In this document: positions 55,177 through 64,000 of the stretch, in pieces
Position numbering within the stretch: position 1 is the first letter of the stretch
Layout of the letters: the number at the start of each line of letters is the position of its first letter
Source of the DNA: Bugula neritina
Taxonomy: Eukaryota > Animalia > Bryozoa
Assembly: GCA_964035545.1 (NCBI GenBank)
Contig: OZ037768.1
Coordinates: 22,725,319 to 22,789,318, forward strand
DNA length: 64,000 bases
Direction of reading: 5' to 3'
Translations under genes and position numbers: made by a program
Notes under the pieces: generated by a model
What the model was told of the DNA's origin: nothing
The model's input: the letters and a program-made list of their open reading frames with translations, nothing else
Database searches by the model: none

Positions 55177-58100
55177 TCAGCTGTCCTGACTGCCATAAAT
55201 TATATCTAATGCCAGGTCTACGTTACCACCAGCTGCCTCCAAGGCTTGCAGGGCAGCATTGCGATTAGTGATTCCAAGAGACAAAAGTTGTTGCAACTGA
55301 GCACCATAATTCTGGGCGGGAGAGTGACCAGATGCCCCTTGAACCTGCATTCAGAAAATAGCTAATTTCAACATTGCTTGTCATAAAAATCTGGTGGTAA
55401 TGGTTTTTACTCAATAAAGCTATACGAATTACTTGTTATACTATGTGGAAAGAGTGGCCATTAAAGAACTTCAGCAAACTGCACATTTCATATCATTAAA
55501 ACAGTCGAAACTCGTAGATTTTAACCCACATTACATTTTATTCCAACTGTTGAAATAAATTCTATCAGTAAAAAAAGAAAAATGTCCGAAATGGGCATCA
55601 TTTAACATTATACAGGTCTGTCTCCTTTTATCATAAAATTTATTGCCTGATTCAAGAATTTTAGCAAAATTGCGTTGACTCATAGTACTAATAATATTAA
55701 ACTAGGCAGGTGGTGGAAGGTTGCACCAGCAAAAAGCTGTGATAAAACCAATAATAATTATAATAATAATAGATGCTGGGCATGTTTCATCTCAAATTTT
55801 CTATTAACATAAAAAAGACATTGAAGTCCAACACCCTTTCACATTAGTCTATTATTTCATTCTTCATCAAACAGAAAACTTGAAGGAAATAAAATAAGAC
55901 ACGTTAGAACAGGGAGCATATACTAACCGAGGCAGAGTTGGCAGACATCTGTGACGCAGACGAGGAACTTGTTGAGGAGGCAGCAGCTGGTTGATTACCT
56001 CCTCGAGCTGACGCTAGTGCTGCCGCAAGTTGATTGGTTGTTATCTGTTCAGCAAACCATAAATGCAGGGTGAGACAATTCCAACAATCAAATCATAACA
56101 TATTATTACTCAACTTTGAGACAAATTTTCTAACCTAGCAAGGAATAAGTTAGCAAACCATTAGATAGCCTTAGAGTTTAAAGACTCACAGTGTGAAGTG
56201 TGGGTGGGGGTTGGGACTCCTCGTCTTCTTCCTCGGACATGTCTAGTCTATACTGATGTGTGTGATTGGCAGGCTGAGGGTATACATTAGTGTCCTGGTC
56301 AGCCTGCCTAACCACCATTCTACTCAGCTCTACCACCACAGCGGGCAGGGACGGGTGCCTCTCGTATATTCTAAATTGATGAGAATACACACTCTCAGTC
56401 TACTAACACTATGAGTAACATGCATATGTCAATGTGTGTCTGTCTGTGTCAATATGTGTCAGTGGGTGTGCAGCAATGAATTATTTTAAATTTGCAATAC
56501 TTGCTGCATTAAAGTGATAGCAAAAATAGTAAATAATTACTCATTAATGAAAAATATTTACCTTTCTACATTTGCTGGCTCAAATAATAATTTCATCAAA
56601 TCAAAGTCTTTAAGTATGCCTGAAAACAATCAAATTAAATTATTAAATAAGAATTGTACAAAAAAGAGGTCAGGTAAAAAGGTAAGACAACTACAAGCAC
56701 AAGAAATACACAAAACCCTAAGAGCTATTTATCAGATTTTTTTCCAATGTCCCTAATACTCAATTTATAATTAGGAGTTGTGTCCTCATAGCAGGGATAT
56801 ATTTAAACTATATTATATAGAGCAAACTCATTAAAACTGGTAGTTACATTGTGCGACGAGGTCTTTAGACAAGGAGGGAGACTGGCTAATGAGATTGTTG
56901 ATTGTACTGGACTCCTGGAGAAGCTTTCTGGTCATATATGAATATTCTCTATTTAACATCTTCTTAACACTCTCCATAAATAGCTGACGAGAAACCTGGC
57001 CGGGAACTGCATTGGAATAAACAATAATATTATATGATTAGTATAGCATATATAACTAGTAAAGCATATATAACTAGTATAGCATATATAACTAGTATAG
57101 CATATATAACTAGTATAGCATATATAACTAGTATAGCATATATAACTAGTATAGCATACATACAATCAGTAGAACATGTATGACTAGCATAGTGCATAGA
57201 ATTAGTATAGCATATGTATGACTAGCATAGTGTATATAATTAGTATAGTATATGTGAATAGCATAGTGTATATAATTAGTATAGTATATGTGAATAGCAT
57301 AGTGTATATGACATATTAGATGCAAAAGATATACACGCAGCTACATTATGAACAAAGTTGTATGAATAAGTAGCATGAATGCGTTTTGTTTAAAAAATTT
57401 TTTTTAAAGATTGGTGAAAATAATTTACAGCTATTGGTACTAGACCAGGGCTGTCCAATAGGCAGCCCTGGGGCTGGATGTAACTCTCAGCTTACATTTA
57501 TGTGGCCTTCAAAGGCATAAAGGTGAATTATTTTTCACACATATATGAATTAGAGTGAAAAACCACCTTTTACACGTCTTATTTCTACACATGCTACAAA
57601 ACATGCAGCCTGCAGTAATCATTGGGACTTAATTGTGCAATGATTCATAAAGTTTTGGAAAAAAATTAATTTAAAGAATACTGATGCTGTGACCCCTCAC
57701 CCCAGCACAAACTGAAATCTACAACGTGGCCCTCGCCACCAGAATTGCCCTTTCAGTGGCCCTCAGTCTGAAAAGAATGGACACCTCTGTACTAGACTAC
57801 ATAAATCAATAGCAATAAATTGATTTTAGACACCGCACTCACCCAACTTTTTTACATTCTCTTTGACTATGGCATGAACCAGAGACTTGTGCTTTATATT
57901 ATAACTCTCTAGGTCTTTATCAACTTCAAGCTTTTTACCAAGAAATAATAGTTCTAAAATTTTATGAGATGAACAGACAAAGCTATATCAAATATATATA
58001 TATCAAATTGCTTGAAGTAAGTGTAAAATAGATTAAAAATTTAATACACTCAACAGAATTTCAAATGCTTGATTTTATAAAAAACACAGCTTTCCTTTTA

Positions 58101-58356
58101 CAAATGTTTCCCGCATGCAAGTTTGTTAATAAAATTAATAGAAGCTGTAGTTATTATAATTTCAAAGCTAAATTTTTATGGCGAGCATACCAATGATGTG
58201 TCGGTCTGCAAGGATTTCTAGAGTGTTACATATGGCCGTCTTTAAATCAAAGACTGACTGAGTTGTAGAAGTTAGACTGATATTATGCAGGGCAGCCTTT
58301 CGACCATAAAACACCCGAACTGACACACCATAAACTGACTCATCTACTTCCATCAT
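55177..58356 (-). CDS. UBL7: Ubiquitin-like protein 7 (N-terminal UBL, C-terminal UBA). Exons 58191-58356, 57843-57953, 56848-57006, 56562-56619, 56190-56370, 55928-56044, 55177-55344
   Basis: UBL: SVFDLKTAIC..ELLFLGKKLEVDKDLESYNIK..LVH; middle PSLSKDLVAQCILKDFDL..HPSL; acidic patch; ITTNQLAAALA; UBA QLQQLLSLGITN..ALQALEAAGGNVDLALDIIY. The architecture matches UBL7. Confidence 0.82.
57038..57310. repeat. 18-bp minisatellite near a UBL7 acceptor, decaying distally
   Basis: Unit TAGTATAGCATATATAAC. Confidence 0.88.
57446..57789. mobile_element. Non-autonomous hAT (Charlie-like) MITE, 344 bp, in a UBL7 intron
   Basis: Imperfect TIRs CAGGGCTGTCCAAT ... AATGGACACCTCTG; perfect 8-bp TSD TACTAGAC at 57438-57445 and 57790-57797; subterminal GTGGCCCTC repeats. 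Confidence 0.88.
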
Positions 58357-59728
58357 TATTTCCCACCTGTAAGCACCTGCAAACAATTCGGTTAAAATAA
58401 ACAACACTGGTGGTTTTCAAGATATGTTTGTCAATGTTGCAGAGGCATGACAATGCTGAATACAAAAGATGGCTCTATTATTCAGAGTAGCTACAAAAAA
58501 TGAACGAAAAACTAGATAAGTTGAGCAAAAATAGGTTAGCTTTGTGATAGATTAATTATTATATACTAATTATGACTTAATAAATTTGTCAACAAAAAAA
58601 GACTAAGTTCAAGTCATAATAAGTCAGCAACTGTTACTAAGTTCTATTGTCTAGGAGTGGGTGTAACACTAACAGCCGGACATGCAGGTCAAAGTGTTAG
58701 ACTCGGTGTGAGTGAGTCGCATAAAACTGACAGCAGTTAAACTTACTGCTGCAAGTACAGTTATCATTACATTCTCATACCGAAAAGAATTAACAACACT
58801 AATACAGTAATACAGTAATACTAATAGTAATAGTGATACTAACAGTAGCAATAATATTAAAAATAACATATTTATAAACATTAAAAATAATTCTAATATT
58901 GCTGTTTGCCTTTAGTTTACTACAAAACCTTCAATCACAATGACAATGTCAGTCTTTCAAATTTTTCATACTCATACATATTGAATTTGATATTCATATA
59001 ATTGATATTATATTTAAACTATACTTTAATTTATTCACCAGTGTAAATAAAAAGTTTTTTCAAGTCTAACTCTATGTTTTAGTTTTTTTATTTAAAATAT
59101 TGATATAAAAATGAAATTAAATATAAAATTAAGATATACTTGCAGTTGAGTTATATTCAAAGTTTAAGTTAAAGTTATTGTGGCAGACACAGACAGTAAT
59201 ATTATTTAAATTTCTTAAATATTTGGGCATCAATTACTACTAGAATTATTAATATGTATTATTATTGGTATTTCTATTTGTAATCACCTAAAGTTAAGAA
59301 TAATCATAATGATAATCATGCCAATCATGATGACAATTTCAATAACAATTTGTTATTCATTATTGAGATTGCAAACAAATAGCAGGAAACATAATTTGCG
59401 TAAACTATGTCTGATTCACATAAACGGACGAACTCATTCATACTACAATTTAAATTTGTAATTGCTTTAGCATTTATAAATTTATAATAATTTAAATTTT
59501 TTATTAAAATAAAATAAAAATAGGAAAAAAACGAGTTGTAATTTAGTTGATGAAATGTAGTTAAGAGTTATTTATTCCTGTAAACTAAAAATGGACAGTT
59601 ACAATCTGTGCAAGTGTTCAAAGAGAAATAACAACCGAATATAAATTTCACTTCAGAAAATATTTTTGTTGCTATGTTTAACATTCAAAATTTACTTTAA
59701 TATTTCTAATTAATTTTATTTAACTTAC

Positions 59729-59831
59729 TCTAATATTTTTCAAAGTAAGCTTGGTTTTGAAAGCTCGACATTTTTAAAAAGCGATTGGTAATATTACGAG
59801 CAACAACCGGCTTCGGGAATAGATACAAATC
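59729..59831. promoter_or_regulatory. Very compact divergent UBL7/PMPCB promoter
   Basis: ATTGG 59784-59788 and a CpG cluster between a candidate minus-strand donor (59728) and the PMPCB ATG (59832). Confidence 0.45.
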
Positions 59832-62800
59832 ATGGCTTCGAAAGTTGTGTTACTCTCTTCAGCTTTGTCCAGGGGTTGGCCTCGCTTAGCATGTGTAAGC
59901 ACATATACCATTTCTATTTTATTTGACACAGTTTTTAATTATATATGTTGTAGTTTTATTTTCGTTAGCTGTTGTGGTTTAAAGTCCGGTAGGATATAAT
60001 AATAATGATCATTATCATTATGAAATATGAATATCAGTATCTCATCTGTGATGACTGATGACATTCACTAATGACTAATGAGTGAATCACAATGACAACG
60101 ATGAATGGCCAATGACTTAGACTATGACTATGAGTATCAATTTCAATATAAATACGACTGAAAGTGAATGGGTCCCATTATGAGTATGGCAAGCTGAATC
60201 GCCATCCGAGACACTAGACCTAGTGAGTGAAAAGATCAAAATACAATTTCATATTGATATTGGTATTATTATGATAGTCAGATTATGATTCTTTTTAATG
60301 AAATGTACAGTGTGAGTCTTACCAAAATAAAGATGAAGAAGTGAGTGCAGTAATCAGACTCAGTAATGATACAGCAAATGTAATTACGAGTGTGTTAGAC
60401 TTAATGTTGCTCATGGCCAGTTTCAGTTTGAGTTTCCCAACTTTCTTCAAGTTTAAATATTTTTAAGTTACAATTTACAGACAGTCACACTCGCAGCAAG
60501 ATTGTTTTCAATGCATTTAATTTAATTAATTATTTTTAAATAGCAATTTAACAATTGTACTAGTGCGGCCTGAGTATTGACCACCACTGACTATGACTAC
60601 GAGTAGGCCTATGTAGTATATTAATGTTGAAGTGAATCACTGAATCTCTATGACTGTTAAGTGTCAATACTCAATGTAAATGTGATGTTGTCATCCAAGA
60701 CATGCATTCAATGTGAATGATCCTTATTTTTTTATAAATTATTAAGTATAATCATAAAATACTTTATCGACTTTAACTTCAAGTTCAAGTCTTCATCTTA
60801 AGGCTTAGCTTTAACTTTTGAGTTTATGAAGTTCAAAATGAAAATGAATCATGAAACTTACAGATTATTTAGAAATATATTCAATTTTGCTAAGCAAACC
60901 GTAATGGTAGTATCGCTAACAGTCTAACACTCCCTCTATTTGCTATAGCTATGTGTAAATACTAAATCAAAACCACATTGTTTGGTTGTTGATGAATAAA
61001 TTCTACAAAGCAATGCAGCTTTGGCTATTAAACTTGGAAATTTTTAATAAAAAGAGAAAAAGCATGTCATATCTACAGTTAAAAATGCCACAGCTGCCAT
61101 GTTAATTCAGTTATGATTTATCCAAATAGACAACATCAACTCGTCTGCAATCCACATCTACAAGCCACAAATACAGAACTTCTCTGCTCAATGCACCAGA
61201 GACAAAGGTTACGACCCTTAGCAATGGGTTGCGTGTAGCCACTGAGGACACAGCCAATCCTACTTGTACTGTTGGTCTGTGGATTGATGCGGGCAGCAGA
61301 TATGAGACGGAGAAAACTAATGGAGTTGCCCACTTTCTAGAGCACATGATTTTTAAGGTAGGTTACACCATGCTTGGCTTCTTCTCATGTATGAATTTGT
61401 AGCATAGTTGTCTGAGGAAAAACATTTTTTCACTAATCACAATTTTCACTCAAATGTTGACATCTAACTTTTCAGTGGGTTACTACAGTTTTTGAACAAT
61501 AACGCTATTTCTATAAAATTATATTATAAATTAGGTTGTTCATTAAAATTTGTTACGGGAAGCATTGTTTAACAGTTTAGAAAGGTTCGTTTTAATATTT
61601 CCTCAAATTTTAAAACTTCTGTACAATAGTTTATGTACGTTTTGCAACAAGTGCTATATAAAATGCTTAGGATATTATAACTTTGTAGTAAAGTATCAGT
61701 GTGTTTTTGCAGGGCACTAGAAAGAGAACCCAGACTCAGCTGGAGCTCGAGGTTGAGAATATGGGAGCCCATCTCAATGCTTACACATCTCGGGAACAAA
61801 CTGTGTACTATGCCAAAGCATTCTCTTCTGATCTAGAAAAGGCAGTAGAAATACTATCAGGTAAGTTAGTTTAAACAGACATGTTGGGTGACTAATTAAG
61901 TGAGTGAGTCAGTCAGTCATTGAGTGAGTGAGTGAGTGAGTAATTCAGTGAGTGAGAGAGTCAAGAGTCATCTACTCACCCTCTGTATGACACAAGGTAA
62001 TGATGGTGAAGTGTTTTACTGTAGACATCACACAGAACAGCACTCTCGGTGAGCAGGAGTTAGAGAGGGAGAGGGGAGTCATCCTCCGTGAAATGCAGGA
62101 AGTGGAAACTAATCTACAGGAAGTTGTGTTTGACCACCTGCACTCAGCAGCCTATCAGGGCACTTCCCTCGGCTTCACCATTCTCGGACCAACTGAGAAC
62201 ATCAAGTGAGTTGTGTTGTTGGCCGCCATTACTCTGTAGCAGAAGCTATGAAACTTGGTCTTTATGAATATATTCTTTAGTTTTGCAAAGCTCCATAATG
62301 CTCTGTATCCTATGTTTCTATAAACTTAGTCAATCTATAAAGCTGATTATCTTCTGCAGTTCTATCAAAAGAAGTGACTTAGTCGACTACATCGGGAACC
62401 ACTATAAGCCTCACCGCATTGTCCTGGCCGGCGCCGGGGGAGTGGATCACGACAAGCTGTGTTCCCTGGCCGACAAGTACTTTGGTAATCTCTCCCCATC
62501 CTATGAGAACGCTGCCCACGGAGTCCCTGATCTGACCCCAGCCGTCTTCACTGGCAGCGAGGTGAGTGGGCGTGGCCAAGAGAGCTTAAGTGAGCGTGGC
62601 CAATAGGACCTCCCTTGCATTACTCATTCCTATCATTTACTGCTGTCATCTGGTAATTGTGCTGTCTGCTGCAGATCCGAGTGAGAGATGACGCAATGCC
62701 TCTGGCACACATTGCCATGGCTGTGGAGACGTGTGGGTGGGACAATGCTGACAACATAGCCCTGATGGTAGCCAACACACTCATCGGCTCCTGGGACAGG

Positions 62801-63872
62801 GCTATGGGTGGCGGTGCCAACCTGCCCTCTATTCTAGCATCAAAGAGTGCTGAGTCTAATCTCTGTCACAGTTTCCAGTCCTTCAACACAAACTACACGG
62901 ACAGTGGACTGTGGGGAATCTACTTTGTAGCTGAGCCTCTTCAGATTGATGACACAGTCCACCAGATACAGAGTGAATGGTGGGTAGTTGTCTAACCTTT
63001 CCCTTCTATTTAATTATAGTTATACTGTAACCTGCTGTACTCTTAACTCCATGTATTTTGTATCACACTCTATATCGTAATGTATTCTATATCCTGTTTT
63101 GGTTTATTGTGATTTATACTCTATAGCACATAGTCTATAGTTCACCATCTATACTCTATAGCACATAGTCTATAGTTCACCATCTATACTCTATAGCACC
63201 TAGTCTATAGTTCATCATCTGTACTCTATAGCACATAGTCTATAGTTCATCTCTACTCTATAGCACATAGTCTATAGTTCATCATCTATACTCTATAGCA
63301 CATAGTCTATAGTTCATCATCTGTACTCTATAGCACATAGTCTATAGTTCATCTATACTCTATAGCACATAGTCTATAGTTCATCATCTGTACTCTATAG
63401 CACATAGTCTATAGTTAATCATCTATACTCTATAGCACATAGTCTATAGTTCATATTCTGAAATTGACTAGGATGAGACTGTGTAACAACGTGACCAACT
63501 TTGAGGTGCAGAGAGCTAAGAATATCCTAAAAGCCAACCTGTTACTGCAGTTGGATGGCACCACCCCAGTGTGCGAGGATATAGGCAGACAGATCCTATG
63601 CTATGGCAGAAGGATTCCATTAGCAGAGTTGGACGCTAGGATTGAGGTGCGCTATACATTCCAGTATTACGTTCAGTTGGTGCAGAGAGTATGTTCAGTC
63701 TTATAGTGTTTGTATGCTGTGTGTGTTGTAGAGTGTAGATGCTCAGACAGTGATGAATGTATGCACAAAGTATATATACGACCAATGTCCAGTTGTCTCA
63801 GCTGTGGGGCCAGTTGAACAGTTGGATGACTACGGCTTACTCAGAGGTGGCATGTACTGGGTGAGAACTTAG
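59832..63872 (+). CDS. PMPCB: Mitochondrial-processing peptidase beta subunit (peptidase M16). Exons 59832-59894, 61130-61357, 61713-61860, 62025-62205, 62360-62561, 62675-62979, 63472-63646, 63732-63872
   Basis: Arg/Ser-rich acid-free presequence; [13 protein letters not shown]; intact HFLEH zinc motif; [13 protein letters not shown]; [14 protein letters not shown]; FTGSE; [17 protein letters not shown]; [16 protein letters not shown]; GMYWVRT-stop. The intact HXXEH argues for MPP-beta rather than a catalytically dead Core 1. Confidence 0.95.
63113..63453. repeat. About 30-35-bp minisatellite, about 10 copies, ending just before the PMPCB acceptor at 63471
   Basis: Unit CTATACTCTATAGCACATAGTCTATAGTTCATCAT. 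Confidence 0.92.
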
Positions 63873-64000
63873 AACAGGAAGTGTATCTCTCGTCCAATAG
63901 CTGCTTTACTAACTTATTGACGATGCAACAGGAACCGTATCCAGTTGTCTATTGGTTATTTTGCGAAGATTACTATGTTTTCTGGGCAAATCGTAACGCA

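Noticed and set aside
59832-63872. UQCRC1 (Core 1) assignment
   Set aside because: The intact HFLEH zinc motif favours MPP-beta, although a dual role in complex III cannot be excluded.

Overview
AT-rich, intron-containing animal genomic DNA, most likely from an invertebrate bilaterian (inferred from gene content; the species cannot be identified from this window). It is not prokaryotic, and I found no CRISPR array, operon or rRNA. I reconstructed seven protein-coding genes by hand from GT-AG exons, in strictly alternating orientation: (+) 3' half of a class B1 secretin/PTH-receptor-like GPCR; (-) anillin; (+) acyloxyacyl hydrolase AOAH; (-) SUDS3; (+) TRIM71/LIN-41; (-) UBL7; (+) mitochondrial processing peptidase beta PMPCB. 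This gives three divergent promoters and three convergent ends. Introns hold many minisatellites, a 344-bp hAT-type MITE with a perfect 8-bp target-site duplication, and several tRNA-derived SINE-like pieces. Most notable: (1) tandem repeats abut splice junctions in all seven genes, and several multiply the splice site itself, with decoy use in AOAH and TRIM71 leading to stop codons; (2) the LIN-41 3' UTR has a lin-4/miR-125 8mer and two let-7 seed sites; (3) anillin has several candidate frame-preserving microexons and a CDE/CHR-like promoter element; (4) an intact AOAH is present. Most long ORFs in the supplied track are repeat or antisense artefacts.
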